Positions 49,469 to 60,540 are shown, counted from the first letter of the stretch. The stretch is 64,000 bases of DNA from an uncultured virus (IMG/VR IMGVR_UViG_2875455138_000005) (IMGVR_UViG_2875455138_000005:1-64000); one strand, 5' to 3'. The notes: generated by a model from the sequence alone, not told the origin. Numbers and translations: made by a program.

Positions 49469-50398
49469 GTGCGGAATATTAAAAAGGTAAAATTATTTAC
49501 ACACACTGACCTAGACGGAGTTGGTTGTGCAATAGTATGTAACCACTTATTAAATGACGTGGAAGTAGAGTTTTGTGATTATCATAATATAGATCAAAAA
49601 GTTCTTGAATTCATAAATAATAACAGGTTTAAGGAATATGATTTAATTCTCGTTACAGATATATCTGTTAATAAGGATCTTGCTGAAAAAATAAATGAAA
49701 TTCAATCAACGTCTAAATGGGTACTTATTGATCATCATGCGACAGCGAAGTGGTTAAATATTTATAAATGGGCAAATGTTAATGATTACTATATTAAATC
49801 ACCATGCGAAGAAAACCTAAAGACATCTGCTACAAGTATGGTTTATGACCATCTCATTAAGTTTCAAAATAATGAGTGTGAAGAATTGAGTGAATTTGTA
49901 GAAAAAGTAAGAAGATATGACACCTGGGAGTGGTCAACAAAATATAATGACACCCATGCCAAAAAACTGAATGATCTTCTTTATATTATTGGGAGAGAAA
50001 ACTTTATAAAAAGATTCTCAACAAATCCATCCATTTATTTTTCAGATCATGAACTACATATTTTGGACATTGAGAAATTTAAAATTAAAGAATACATATC
50101 TAAAAAGGAAAAACAACTGAGAACTTTGCAAGTGCTTGATTACAGTGCAGGAGTAGTGTTTGCTGATACATATCAATCTGAACTAGGGAATGAACTTGCT
50201 CAGAAAAATCCTAATTTAGATTTCATTATCATAATTGATCCTGGTTCATTAAAGGTCAGTTATAGGGGAGTCAAGGAGAAAATTGATTTAGGAAAAGACA
50301 TTGCTGCTAAATTTGGTGGTGGAGGTCACCCCCGAGCAGCCGGTAGTCAAATTAATCAAAGAGTCATAGATTCAGTTCTTAAATTAATCTTAAACTAA
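49469..50398 (+). CDS. DHH/DHHA1 phosphoesterase
   Basis: HTDLDG, TD, IDHH, GGGGHPRAAG. Confidence 0.9.
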   Translation: MRNIKKVKLFTHTDLDGVGCAIVCNHLLNDVEVEFCDYHNIDQKVLEFINNNRFKEYDLILVTDISVNKDLAEKINEIQSTSKWVLIDHHATAKWLNIYKWANVNDYYIKSPCEENLKTSATSMVYDHLIKFQNNECEELSEFVEKVRRYDTWEWSTKYNDTHAKKLNDLLYIIGRENFIKRFSTNPSIYFSDHELHILDIEKFKIKEYISKKEKQLRTLQVLDYSAGVVFADTYQSELGNELAQKNPNLDFIIIIDPGSLKVSYRGVKEKIDLGKDIAAKFGGGGHPRAAGSQINQRVIDSVLKLILN

Positions 50399-50418
50399 TT
50401 ATTCTGGGAGGAATTATA

Positions 50419-51660
50419 TTGAGCAAACTTTATAATACATTTGAATTTATCGGTAACCTATTTATTTCAAACAATAAAGAGAAATTCCATGAAATTAAGG
50501 AATATGACAGCGGATGGGTTAAGGAAAGATTGAGCTTCGCAGTTCAAGAGTCAAAAACAAACAGTGTTTTTGTTGAGATTGAAGGTGGTTACTCAAAAAG
50601 TAAACAAAATAAAGTGTTTTCATTTAGCAAGGGTACAGAAAATGAAAAAGGATCAAGACTCGAAATTCCATGGGAAGATCGGTTGAAAGAAGAAACAGTA
50701 AACATGGTTGCTGATTTTTCTAAGATCCTAATTAACTTAAACGATGAGTCAACAAAAGCCAAATTAAATGAATTGAAATTTAAAATTAGAGGGTTGGAAA
50801 TGAAAGGCTCTCTTACTGAAGAAGAAAATAAAACTTTATCTACTCTCAAGGGAGAATATAAACAATTAAACGTAAATGGTGCAGAATTCATTCATGAATA
50901 TGATGCTATTCAGTACTTGTCCCAAAACCTCGAAAAGCATAAAGACAATAAATTTAAAATCACAGGCAATATTGAATACAATTCATGGAATGGACGGAAT
51001 TTTAGAAAGTTCAAAATCAAAACCATTGAAATTGTAAGTAGTGATACACCATCTCAACTAAGAGCCACCATGGATGTATTTTTCACAAGTGAATCTTTAG
51101 ATGAATCGTCATTTGAGGAAGAAAAAAGGTACTTTGTTGATGCGTACGTACTTAGCTATGATAATCAGGCAAAAAAAGATCGATTTTTTCCTCAGCAATT
51201 AGTCATCAATGCACAAAAATTGGACTTTGAAAATGAATTACATATGAAACGGTTAGATCTCTTGAAAAACTTCTTTAAAGTTGAAAATGATGAAGTTTTT
51301 CACCTTCAATGGGTTGTGAATATTTTCAGGGGTGCTGATGAGATTGAGTTTACCGAAGAGGAACTCACGGAAAGTCAAAAGGAAATGATTGCTTTAGGTT
51401 TAAACACACTGGATGACTTTAAACCTAAAGGAGGGTTATTGGGCGAAAATCGTGAAGAAAATAGACTTTTAAAACCTATTTTAAAAAAGTTTAATGATTC
51501 TAATGATTTTACAGAAGGTGCCGCAACATCTACATATGAAATTGAAGATCTTACATATATTCCACAACAGATTCAAAATTCTACACCACCCGTAGAAAAA
51601 GAAGAACCTAAAGTGACTGAAGAAGAAAAAGATAATGCATTTGATGAGTTATTTGCTTGA
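50419..51660 (+). CDS. Putative ssDNA-binding replication protein
   Basis: OB-fold-like strands (FEFIGNL, KFKITGNIEY); acidic tail DNAFDELFA; position. Confidence 0.5.
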   Translation: MSKLYNTFEFIGNLFISNNKEKFHEIKEYDSGWVKERLSFAVQESKTNSVFVEIEGGYSKSKQNKVFSFSKGTENEKGSRLEIPWEDRLKEETVNMVADFSKILINLNDESTKAKLNELKFKIRGLEMKGSLTEEENKTLSTLKGEYKQLNVNGAEFIHEYDAIQYLSQNLEKHKDNKFKITGNIEYNSWNGRNFRKFKIKTIEIVSSDTPSQLRATMDVFFTSESLDESSFEEEKRYFVDAYVLSYDNQAKKDRFFPQQLVINAQKLDFENELHMKRLDLLKNFFKVENDEVFHLQWVVNIFRGADEIEFTEEELTESQKEMIALGLNTLDDFKPKGGLLGENREENRLLKPILKKFNDSNDFTEGAATSTYEIEDLTYIPQQIQNSTPPVEKEEPKVTEEEKDNAFDELFA

Positions 51661-51715
51661 TTTGAAAAGACCTAACTAACATTTATTTAAAAACAATAAG
51701 GAGATGTTTATCCAT

Positions 51716-52831
51716 ATGGCAAGAAAATTTGGTAAAAAGAATAAAATTAAAGTTAATCCTCTCGATTATAACACTGGAATTATTGGTGAATCGGGGATCG
51801 GTAAAACAACTCTAGCTAAAGAAGTTTGCGAAAAATTAGTCGGAGAAGACGGGTATATAATCTTGAATATTGGTAAAGAGGATGGTATTGATGCCATCCC
51901 CAATGCCTCTTATGAAGATGTTCCTGATTGGACAACCTTTGATGAAATTACTAAAGATATTATTAAAAACAGAACAACAGATTATGCTGATTTAAAGGTT
52001 TTAGTATATGACACATTTGATGAGTTGATTAAAATTACAGAACCAGAAGTTATTAGACTACACAATAAAGCAAATCCTGAAAAAAGAGTGAATACCATTA
52101 AAGCAGCATTCGGTGGTTTCCAGGCAGGAGAAGACAAGGTAATTGAGTTAATTCTTGAAAAGATGTGGAAACTTAAAAAGGTCGGTATTAGCATGTTTAT
52201 TTTAGGTCATACGAAGAAAAGAACAATGACAGACGTAGTTACTGGTTTGGAATATGACATGCTGACAACCAATATGACACATAAATACTTCAATGCGATT
52301 AAAACCAAGCTCCACGTCTTGGGAGTAGCATCTATTAATCGGTCAATTGAAAAGAAAACAGTAAAACAAAAAATTGGGCCTGACAAAACAGTGGGAACAG
52401 TTGTTGATGAATCAAGAATCATCACTTTTAGAGATGATAACTTTAATATTGATTCAAAGTCAAGATTCTCAGATATCACACCATCAATTCCATTAGATCC
52501 GAATGAATTTATTAAAGCAATTGAACAAGCTATCCATGTGGCTTTTGATAAACAAAAAAATAACACAAATAACATTGAAGAAGAAAGAAAAGAACAAGAG
52601 CAAATTAAAGAAATTCAAATTCACAACGAAGTTAACAACTCATCTTTTATTGATAAAGAAGAGAATGAGAGATTGGCAGAAGAGATTAAGACACTATTCC
52701 CTAATGCAACTGACGAAGCTAAGGGGGAAATGAAGAAAATTATGGATCAATTTAATATGAAAGATTTTAAAGGGGTAGACATTGTACCAACTACAGCATT
52801 CGAAAAGATAGTCGAAGCATTATCTAACTGA
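51716..52831 (+). CDS. AAA_24/Sak4-like ATPase (YorG-like)
   Basis: GESGIGKTT Walker A, VYDT, ILGH; position. Confidence 0.75.
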   Translation: MARKFGKKNKIKVNPLDYNTGIIGESGIGKTTLAKEVCEKLVGEDGYIILNIGKEDGIDAIPNASYEDVPDWTTFDEITKDIIKNRTTDYADLKVLVYDTFDELIKITEPEVIRLHNKANPEKRVNTIKAAFGGFQAGEDKVIELILEKMWKLKKVGISMFILGHTKKRTMTDVVTGLEYDMLTTNMTHKYFNAIKTKLHVLGVASINRSIEKKTVKQKIGPDKTVGTVVDESRIITFRDDNFNIDSKSRFSDITPSIPLDPNEFIKAIEQAIHVAFDKQKNNTNNIEEERKEQEQIKEIQIHNEVNNSSFIDKEENERLAEEIKTLFPNATDEAKGEMKKIMDQFNMKDFKGVDIVPTTAFEKIVEALSN

Positions 52832-52879
52832 AGGAAAAGAGGGGGAGAGTCTCCCCCTTATCAATAGGAGAGGGTATTC

Positions 52880-53431
52880 TTGGCCAGAAGATGTGTATGT
52901 CAAATATGTAAAGCTAATGGAACTGTCGATACTTTTTTCAGGGTTTCTGACGATAAGGGGAAAAATAAATACTACTGTTCTAAGGATGAATATGAAAACT
53001 ATATCAAGGATAAGGTGAAACGAAAAAACCTCTTAAATTACATAGCGAAAGATGTCTTGAATTATAGCGAGGGTCAAGTCATTTCTCCAATTTTTCTAAA
53101 AAAGATAGCCGAACTAAAAAGTTTTTATGATTATGAAGTGATACAAATTTGCTTTGAGAAGAACCAACAAACAATTCAATATTGGTTAACTAATAAAGAG
53201 TTTTACAACGAGTATGGAATGATTAGCTATATTTTTAAGATTGTTGAAAGTAACATCAATGATGTTTATAAGGAATGGCTGCATGAACAAAATCAGAGAA
53301 TGATTGAAAAAAATCATCATCTTGATATTGCAATTGTAAATCAAACTAATATCGTTGATTCCACATCTTTAAAACAAAACAATTCACCAAAAAATATAAC
53401 AGAGTTTCTGGATGGGGAGGACGAGTATTGA
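52880..53431 (+). CDS. YorH-like protein (possible helicase loader/initiator)
   Basis: N-terminal CQIC...YYCS; overlaps the helicase start. Confidence 0.55.
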   Translation: MARRCVCQICKANGTVDTFFRVSDDKGKNKYYCSKDEYENYIKDKVKRKNLLNYIAKDVLNYSEGQVISPIFLKKIAELKSFYDYEVIQICFEKNQQTIQYWLTNKEFYNEYGMISYIFKIVESNINDVYKEWLHEQNQRMIEKNHHLDIAIVNQTNIVDSTSLKQNNSPKNITEFLDGEDEY

Positions 53432-54909
53432 ACAACTTAGATTCTTATCCAAAGGAATTAGTTGAAAACAGGGGACAAATTGAAGGAAGCTTTATATTTT
53501 GTTTATGGAAAAACCCTGATTTGTATGAGGATTATAAAGACCACGTGAGGGCGGATAGAGATTTTCTAACAGAAGACGGGAAATTTTATTACTCTCTAGG
53601 TTTAGAACTGAGCAACATGAATTATAAGAGCTTTGATGATGCAAGTGTTTTCAGCTACATAGAAGGTAAAGAAACATTAAAAAATGGTTTTATTCGGCGA
53701 GGTGGAATGAAAACCATTGATGAACTCAAGCACGTATTAAACGATGAAAACGTTGATACATACTATGATGAGCTAATTAAATTTAACATGATACTTAAAC
53801 TTCATGATAAGGGATTTAATGTTACGAACGAGCTTGATAAATTCAAAAAAATGACGAGTCAGCAATTGTACAGTTACTTTGAATTTCAATTAGATAATGT
53901 TTTTCTAGGTCGAGGTTCAGGAGTTAAAATTGAAGATCTGGATTTGAATGAAGAGTTTGTCGAATCAATTGAAAACGGGGAAGAAATGGGATTAAGCTAT
54001 TCAGCTGCATGTCCATTATTGAATTATCACACGCTTGGACTTCATAAATCTAATGTTCAAATTTTTGCTGGATTTAGTGGGACAGGGAAAACAAGTTTTT
54101 GTGTTTCTTCTTATATCATGTCAATTTTGGATCAGGGTGAAAAGGTAACAATTATCGCCAATGAAATGAATAAAAGGGCTTGGCAACATATTTTTATGGC
54201 AACAATTTTAAGTCATAAACTTGGTTATTATGGTTTACCAAGAAAGAAACAAAAAATGGGCAACCTGAAGCATGAGCAAAAGGAAATGTTACAAAAGGCA
54301 ATTGAATATTATGAGAAGCATTACAAGGGGCGTATCAAATTTGCCAAGATATATGATTACAGCATTAATGATGTAAAGAGAATAATGAGAAGAATGGCAA
54401 AACAAGGCTTCGGTTATATGCTTTACGATACATTTAAAGCTGAAGATGCTGCTTCAACTAATGTAACAGGTGAGCTAATTGAAGCTTCAAAACAGTTATT
54501 ACAAGTTGCGGAAAAAGAGGATATTTGTATCATCATTACAATGCAATTAGCCATTTATATGGAGAATACAAGATATCTAACAGCGTCTTGTTTATCAAAT
54601 GCCAAAGCAGTTAAGGAGATTGTTTCCGAGTTAGTTCTAACAAGACCTTTATGGGAAGATGAATTCCCAGGAGGAAAATTCGATGTTAAACCCTATAGAT
54701 TCAAAAAAGACTCGTCGGGTAAATTTACTAACATTAAAGAAGAAATTCAGTTAGACCCAAATAAGAAGTATAGATTATTCTTTTTGAATAAGACACGGAA
54801 TGACGAAGGCGATACAGTGTTGCTATACCAATTTGACGGTGCATGGAATAAATGGATTGAGCTCGGTTATTGTACTCCTAAACATCAGAGAACTACAGAG
54901 CGGACATGA
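53428..54909 (+). CDS. yorI: DnaB-like replicative helicase
   Basis: AGFSGTGKTS, ANEM, LYDT, TMQL, NKTRN. Confidence 0.88.
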   Translation: MNNLDSYPKELVENRGQIEGSFIFCLWKNPDLYEDYKDHVRADRDFLTEDGKFYYSLGLELSNMNYKSFDDASVFSYIEGKETLKNGFIRRGGMKTIDELKHVLNDENVDTYYDELIKFNMILKLHDKGFNVTNELDKFKKMTSQQLYSYFEFQLDNVFLGRGSGVKIEDLDLNEEFVESIENGEEMGLSYSAACPLLNYHTLGLHKSNVQIFAGFSGTGKTSFCVSSYIMSILDQGEKVTIIANEMNKRAWQHIFMATILSHKLGYYGLPRKKQKMGNLKHEQKEMLQKAIEYYEKHYKGRIKFAKIYDYSINDVKRIMRRMAKQGFGYMLYDTFKAEDAASTNVTGELIEASKQLLQVAEKEDICIIITMQLAIYMENTRYLTASCLSNAKAVKEIVSELVLTRPLWEDEFPGGKFDVKPYRFKKDSSGKFTNIKEEIQLDPNKKYRLFFLNKTRNDEGDTVLLYQFDGAWNKWIELGYCTPKHQRTTERT

Positions 54910-54930
54910 TTACCAAGGGACGGTGAAATC

Positions 54931-55947
54931 ATGGACGTATATGATCTTAAGAATCACATTATTGAAAAGCCAGATTACATAGAACTTATTTTAGAAAAGA
55001 CGGGGTTTTACAACGTTGATGAACGCGGAAATGAGTATAGATGTGCAAGAAAAAAAGGAAGAAATCCGACATCAGTAAAAGTAAATAAAACCACTTTAGG
55101 TGCAACCTGTTTTTCAACCAACTTAAAAGGTGACTTGATAACACTTGTTCAAAATAAATTGGGTTTATCTTTTCCCAAAACAATCAAAAGGATATCTGAA
55201 ATAGTTGATTATAAACGTGAAGAAGAATATAAACCACCTGAGTTACCATTCGGAGGTTTTTATAAGAAGATAAGAAAACTAAGTAATCCAATGGATTTGG
55301 ATCTAGAAACGTATTCCGATGACATTTTAGATCAATTTGAATCCGTTCCAAATAAGCTGTTTTATGAGGATGGCATATTACCTATAACCCAATCTTTGTT
55401 CCAGGTTGGTTACGATAGTGTTTCCGGAAGAATAACGGTTCCATGGAAATCTCTTAGTGGTGAATTGTGTGGTGTAATGGGGCGCCTTAATAAGAAGGAA
55501 GTTAATGATGAGGAAACAAAATGGTTGCCTATTATTTCATTTCCCAAGTCTAAAACGCTATACGGGTTTGTTGAAAATTACGATTCAATTAGAGAAAAGA
55601 GCATTGTTTTGATCGGGGAATCGGAAAAACATTCAATGGCCTTAGCAAGTAAGGGATTGAATGTTGGAGTTTCTTTAGGCGGTAGCTTTTTAAGCGAAAT
55701 TCAAGCAAATCACATAAAATCAATGTTTCCGAAAAAGTCATTAGTCATGATGGATGAAGGATTAGGTGAAGAACATAGCGTAGAAATTGCCAACAGCCTA
55801 AAGTTTGAAAATTTCTTTGAAAATGAAGTTGGGTACATATTTGATCGTGAAAACAAGTATCTGCCTAAGGGATCAAAAATGGCACCAGCAGACCTTGATA
55901 AAAACACTCTACACCGTCTAATTAGAGACTGTACAGTTTGGATATGA
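54931..55947 (+). CDS. yorJ: DNA primase (TOPRIM)
   Basis: GRITVP, GVMGR, LYG, GESEK, MDEG. Confidence 0.82.
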   Translation: MDVYDLKNHIIEKPDYIELILEKTGFYNVDERGNEYRCARKKGRNPTSVKVNKTTLGATCFSTNLKGDLITLVQNKLGLSFPKTIKRISEIVDYKREEEYKPPELPFGGFYKKIRKLSNPMDLDLETYSDDILDQFESVPNKLFYEDGILPITQSLFQVGYDSVSGRITVPWKSLSGELCGVMGRLNKKEVNDEETKWLPIISFPKSKTLYGFVENYDSIREKSIVLIGESEKHSMALASKGLNVGVSLGGSFLSEIQANHIKSMFPKKSLVMMDEGLGEEHSVEIANSLKFENFFENEVGYIFDRENKYLPKGSKMAPADLDKNTLHRLIRDCTVWI

Positions 55948-55962
55948 AAAGGAGATGATTGA

Positions 55963-57030
55963 TTGAAAGAAAAATTAAATGAATTAAGACAACAAGGGAA
56001 AAACATTTATTCCTTTTCAAAGCTCGGAACCTTTAATAACTGTGAATATGAATACTACAATACATACGTTTTGAAAAAGAAAGGCATAGATAATATTTAC
56101 ACCCTTATGGGTTCTGAATTACATAACGGGATTGAACAGATTTATAAAAATGAATTAAACATTGGAGAATTTAAAAAGGGATTTGAAAATAGATTAATTG
56201 AATTAGAGCTGAATGGAGTCAACTTTCCGAGTGACTCAATCGGGGACAGTTGGAAAGCAGACATTGGTCATTTCCTAAACAATTTTAATAAAATTGACAG
56301 CAAAATGGTTTTAGAGAAGCTGCTTGTATTTGAAATATCAGATGGAATATATCTTCAAGGATATGTAGATGCAATCCTGCCCAGTGAAAAAGGAAAACCG
56401 TACGTTAGTATTTATGACTGGAAGACATCAAGTAAGTTTGCCGGCAAGAAATTAAATGAAGCAGGAAGACAGTTATTGATGTACAAGCTTGCGTTGGAGC
56501 AAACAACTGACTTAAAAGTAGATAAAATCCTATGGTTCATGGTGAAATACGTTTATGTATGTACCCAAGGAAAAACCAAAGTGAAAAAGAAAATGTGTAA
56601 CAGGGGTAAGTGGGTAAAGGAAATACGAATGCAGCTAGAAAAAGAGATGCGCACTCTGGAATATGATGATTTCGAAATTGACCTGTTGTTAGATAACGCA
56701 GTAAAAGAAAATAGCATAGACTGCTTACCTGAAGAGATTAAAAATAAGTATTGGCTTGAAGATTGTTTAGTTGAATACGAAGTTACTGAAGAGAAAATTA
56801 ATGAACTGAAAGAATATATTACTGATACTGTTAAAAAGATTGAAAATAAAGACCGCGAAGATGAAACCCAATGGGAACCAGTGAAAATAGATAAATACAA
56901 TTCCTTTTATTGTAGTGTCTTATGTGGTCACCGAAAAACATGCAAGTTTTATAAGGATTTTTTAAATAAATCATCAAATAAATTTAAGAAAAAGGATAAG
57001 ACTGATTTGTTTGATAACCTATTTTCTTAG
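55963..57030 (+). CDS. PD-(D/E)XK RecB/Cas4-like nuclease
   Basis: YSFSKL..F..C, GSELH, GYVD...DWKT, QLLMY, C-terminal CSVLC...TC. Confidence 0.85.
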   Translation: MKEKLNELRQQGKNIYSFSKLGTFNNCEYEYYNTYVLKKKGIDNIYTLMGSELHNGIEQIYKNELNIGEFKKGFENRLIELELNGVNFPSDSIGDSWKADIGHFLNNFNKIDSKMVLEKLLVFEISDGIYLQGYVDAILPSEKGKPYVSIYDWKTSSKFAGKKLNEAGRQLLMYKLALEQTTDLKVDKILWFMVKYVYVCTQGKTKVKKKMCNRGKWVKEIRMQLEKEMRTLEYDDFEIDLLLDNAVKENSIDCLPEEIKNKYWLEDCLVEYEVTEEKINELKEYITDTVKKIENKDREDETQWEPVKIDKYNSFYCSVLCGHRKTCKFYKDFLNKSSNKFKKKDKTDLFDNLFS

Positions 57031-57036
57031 GGGGTA

Positions 57037-58761
57037 ATGATGAGGAAGATATTCTATGACTTTGAAGTTTTTAAACATAACTGGATGGTTGTGCTGATCG
57101 ATTACGATACTAAAAAGGGTAAGGTTATTGTAGATGATGTTGATGAACTGAAACGATTCTATAAGATGTTTAAAGATGATATTTGGATTGGTTACAACTC
57201 TAGAATGTATGACCAATACATTCTAAAGGGAATTTTATTGGGAATGAAACCATATTTCATTAGTTCGAGAATCATTAATGATAATGTAAAGGGATTTAAT
57301 GTTGTTGGAAAAGGTTATAAAATCCCATTGAATAACTTTGACATAACAACCGGTTTCCATAGCTTAAAGCAGCTAGAAGGCTTTATGGGTTCAAGGATTA
57401 AAGAGTCATCAGTACCATTTGATATCTCAAGAGCATTAACAGAAAAAGAAATTAAGGAAGTAGTTGAGTACTGTATTCACGATGTGAAACAAACAATTGA
57501 AGTGTTTGATAATAAAAAAGAGGAATTCGAAAGCCAATTGGCCCTAATTGAAGCCTTTGATTTGGAAATGTCTATGTTTACAAAGACAAAAGCCCAATTA
57601 TCTGCATTTATCTTGGGGGCTGAAAAACAAGGAAACAGGGGAGATGAGTTTGAACTTAGATTTCCTAATACATTAAAAATTAAAAAATATAAACACATTG
57701 TTGATTGGTATAGAAATCCTGAAAATCTAGATTATAAAAAAAATTTAAAGGTGGATGTTGCAGGTGTACCTCATATTTTTGCCTGGGGAGGTTTACATGG
57801 CGCAATACCAAAGTATAAAGATGAGGGGATAATTTTATGTTGTGATGTTGCATCTCTATACCCTTCAATCATGATTGAATATGATTACATAAGTCGAAAC
57901 GTGAAGAACCCTTTGAAATATACTGAGATCAGAGATACACGGTTAGAACTTAAACGCAAAAAAGATCCTAAGCAGGCTCCCTACAAGATTGTTTTAAACT
58001 CAACGTATGGAGCAATGAAAGATCAGTATAATCCACTATACGACCCGTTAATGGCAAATAACGTATGTTTAGCCGGGCAGCTGCTGTTATTAGATTTGAT
58101 CGAGAAAATTGAACCGTATTGTAAACTGATTCAGTCAAATACTGATGGGTTGTTTATGAAAGTTGAAAAGGAATCTGATATTGATTTAATTAAGGAAGTC
58201 GCAAAGGAGTGGGAAACCAGAACACGACTAGATTTAGAGTGGGATGTTTATGAGAAGATTTATCAGAAGGATGTAAACAACTATATAATCATTGATAAAG
58301 ACCAAAAGTATAAATCTAAAGGTGCTTATGTTAAAAAACTAAACAACCTGGATTATGACTTACCAATTGTAAATAAAGCCATGATTGAGTATTTTACAAA
58401 AGACATTCCAGTTGAAAAAACCATAAATGAATGTGATCAGTTAAGAGAATTTCAAAAGATATCTAAGGTTTCAAACAAATATATGTACGCTCTTTATGGA
58501 GAAGAAAGGCTACCTGAAAAAGTTTTAAGAGTTTTTGCTTCTAATGATGAAGATGCTAAAGGTGTTTTCAAGGTTAAAACAGAAGAACGAATTGAAAAAA
58601 TCGGAAATACTCCACCGCGCTGCTTTATAAATAATGATAACGTTATTGATTTAAAAGTTCCTGATTATCTTGATAAGGAATATTACATAGAGATAGCCAA
58701 AAAACGAATAAATGATTATTTAGGAATATCGAATAGAAAGAAAACAAAGAAGGAGAAGTGA
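57037..58761 (+). CDS. Family B DNA polymerase with 3'-5' exonuclease domain
   Basis: YDFEV, GYN...YD, YCIHD exonuclease motifs; DVASLYPS, KIVLNSTYG, NTDG polymerase motifs. Confidence 0.9.
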   Translation: MMRKIFYDFEVFKHNWMVVLIDYDTKKGKVIVDDVDELKRFYKMFKDDIWIGYNSRMYDQYILKGILLGMKPYFISSRIINDNVKGFNVVGKGYKIPLNNFDITTGFHSLKQLEGFMGSRIKESSVPFDISRALTEKEIKEVVEYCIHDVKQTIEVFDNKKEEFESQLALIEAFDLEMSMFTKTKAQLSAFILGAEKQGNRGDEFELRFPNTLKIKKYKHIVDWYRNPENLDYKKNLKVDVAGVPHIFAWGGLHGAIPKYKDEGIILCCDVASLYPSIMIEYDYISRNVKNPLKYTEIRDTRLELKRKKDPKQAPYKIVLNSTYGAMKDQYNPLYDPLMANNVCLAGQLLLLDLIEKIEPYCKLIQSNTDGLFMKVEKESDIDLIKEVAKEWETRTRLDLEWDVYEKIYQKDVNNYIIIDKDQKYKSKGAYVKKLNNLDYDLPIVNKAMIEYFTKDIPVEKTINECDQLREFQKISKVSNKYMYALYGEERLPEKVLRVFASNDEDAKGVFKVKTEERIEKIGNTPPRCFINNDNVIDLKVPDYLDKEYYIEIAKKRINDYLGISNRKKTKKEK

Positions 58762-59483
58762 TATGCATCGCCATTGAGAGTAAAAATAAAATTAAAACAC
58801 ACATTTTCAAGTCTGTTTATGGTATGATGATTTTAATTCCCTTAACCACTTTTTCTTACATAAGTTATGAGCAACATTTACATAAAACCGAGGGAAATGA
58901 AGACTCAATAAAAGAATCATTTTATAAGAAGCCTAGACAGATTAGGATCCCATCAAGTGAGAATATTGTCTTGCGGTTATTTAAAAAAGCTCAAACGAAC
59001 AAAGAACAACAATTAAAAAAGCATACAGAGAAGATTATCTCAGCAAAACTCATTAAACCTAAGCAAAGTAAGAAAAGGCACATGAGAGGAGGTGAAAAGG
59101 CAAAGCATAGAGTTTTTAAGAGTAAAAATAAAATATACAAACAAAGAAAAGAAAACAAGGCACCGGCCGCAAAGAAATCTATCCAGGTTAAGCTGAGTGC
59201 TTATATTGCACACTGCCAAGAAGGATGCACAGGAACAACTAGAACAGGTGTTGATGTTACTCAATCAATCTATTACAAAGGGTATCGTGTTATTGCAACC
59301 GATCCAAGTGTCATTCCCTTGAATTCAATTGTTGAAATAAGCATTGGCGGGGAAACGTTCAAAGCAATTGCAATTGATACTGGTGGCGCAATCGTTGGAA
59401 ATAAAGTGGACTTGCTCGTAGCAACCGAGCGTGACGCAATTAATTTTGGCAAGCAAAATGGGACAATCTCAATTATTAGTTAG
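58758..59483 (+). CDS. yorM: 3D-domain (MltA-like) protein
   Basis: IATDPSVIPL, AIDTGGAI, KVDL; N-terminal TM. Confidence 0.85.
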   Translation: MICIAIESKNKIKTHIFKSVYGMMILIPLTTFSYISYEQHLHKTEGNEDSIKESFYKKPRQIRIPSSENIVLRLFKKAQTNKEQQLKKHTEKIISAKLIKPKQSKKRHMRGGEKAKHRVFKSKNKIYKQRKENKAPAAKKSIQVKLSAYIAHCQEGCTGTTRTGVDVTQSIYYKGYRVIATDPSVIPLNSIVEISIGGETFKAIAIDTGGAIVGNKVDLLVATERDAINFGKQNGTISIIS

Positions 59484-59501
59484 GAGAAGGAGGTTAATTG
59501 T

Positions 59502-59660
59502 ATGTTTAAAAAGGGAGAGAAGGTGATTGCTGGTTTCACAGAAGAAATTGGTGTTGTTGCACAAGTTGATAAAGGACATGAGCAATTAGAAGTTGAGTAT
59601 CCAGATGGCTCATATAGAGTAATTGGCTTCAGCAATGTGAGAAGGGTGGAAGATAAATGA
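59502..59660 (+). CDS. yorQ: 52-aa SH3-like protein (missing from ORF track)
   Basis: AAGGAGG RBS; MFKKGEKVIAGFTEEIGVVAQVD...; overlaps yorR. Confidence 0.55.
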   Translation: MFKKGEKVIAGFTEEIGVVAQVDKGHEQLEVEYPDGSYRVIGFSNVRRVEDK

Positions 59661-60154
59661 CGATGATAATTTTAGAAGGAACTGACTGCTGCTACAAATC
59701 AACAGTGGCAGATAAGCTTAGCAAAGAACTTGGATATCCGGTCATAAAGGGATCCAGCTTTGAATTAGCTAAGAGCGGTAATGAGAAGCTGTTTGAACAC
59801 TTCAACAAACTGGCCGATGAGGACAATGTAATTATTGATCGATACATATATTCAAATTTGGTTTATGCGAGAAAGTTCAAGGATTACTCAATCTTAACGG
59901 AAGATCAGCAAAGGGAGATTGAGGAGAAGATTAGATATAAAGCAAAAGTGGTTTATTTACATGCTGATCCGAAAGTTATTAAGCAGCGTTTACTTGAACG
60001 TGGTGATGAATACATAAATGATCGAGACATTGAGCCGGTCTTAGAGTTATACCGAGAAGTAATGAGCGATGTAGGATTACATACATATTCGTGGGATACA
60101 GAACAATGGAATAGTGATGAGATCGTAGAAGGTTTGATTCAATTATTTGAGTAA
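59657..60154 (+). CDS. yorR: Thymidylate kinase-like nucleotide kinase
   Basis: LEGTDCCYKST P-loop, IDR..YS..VY; 165 aa. Confidence 0.85.
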   Translation: MTMIILEGTDCCYKSTVADKLSKELGYPVIKGSSFELAKSGNEKLFEHFNKLADEDNVIIDRYIYSNLVYARKFKDYSILTEDQQREIEEKIRYKAKVVYLHADPKVIKQRLLERGDEYINDRDIEPVLELYREVMSDVGLHTYSWDTEQWNSDEIVEGLIQLFE

Positions 60155-60192
60155 AAAATTGAGAGAAGGAGTGAATTAACACTCCTCAGTAA

Positions 60193-60540
60193 CTAACGTG
60201 CTTCTACTGTAATTTTAAAAATTACATAATTGTCGTTAATGTCATACGCGTAAACCAATGCTGTGCCCAATGTTGAATGAGAGGATACAACACCACTGGA
60301 ACTAATGCTAATAAGGTTGCTTCCAGAAACAATTTCCCACCGGGTGTAACCTTTTAATAGAGATACGTTAGAATTCCTAAGCATGTGGTAATCAACTGTA
60401 CCGAGCGGATCGCCTAGCTGCTTAACTTGGTCAACTGATTTGACAGGTGTTAGGGCTGAAGCTTGTGATGTGAATGCAGGGAGAGCTAGTGTTGTAAGCG
60501 ATAGAGCAGAAACAATCAAGCCTTTGTAAAACTTTTTCAT
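60193..60540 (-). CDS. Secreted protein with small Ig-like domain
   Basis: Signal peptide ending ASA; W...SGS.LISISSSGVV....GTA.V pattern. Confidence 0.65.
   Translation of the reverse strand: MKKFYKGLIVSALSLTTLALPAFTSQASALTPVKSVDQVKQLGDPLGTVDYHMLRNSNVSLLKGYTRWEIVSGSNLISISSSGVVSSHSTLGTALVYAYDINDNYVIFKITVEAR

Noticed and set aside
55963..57030. cas4 of a CRISPR system
   Set aside because: It sits inside the replication operon with no cas1/cas2 or array; phage RecB-like nucleases are common there.
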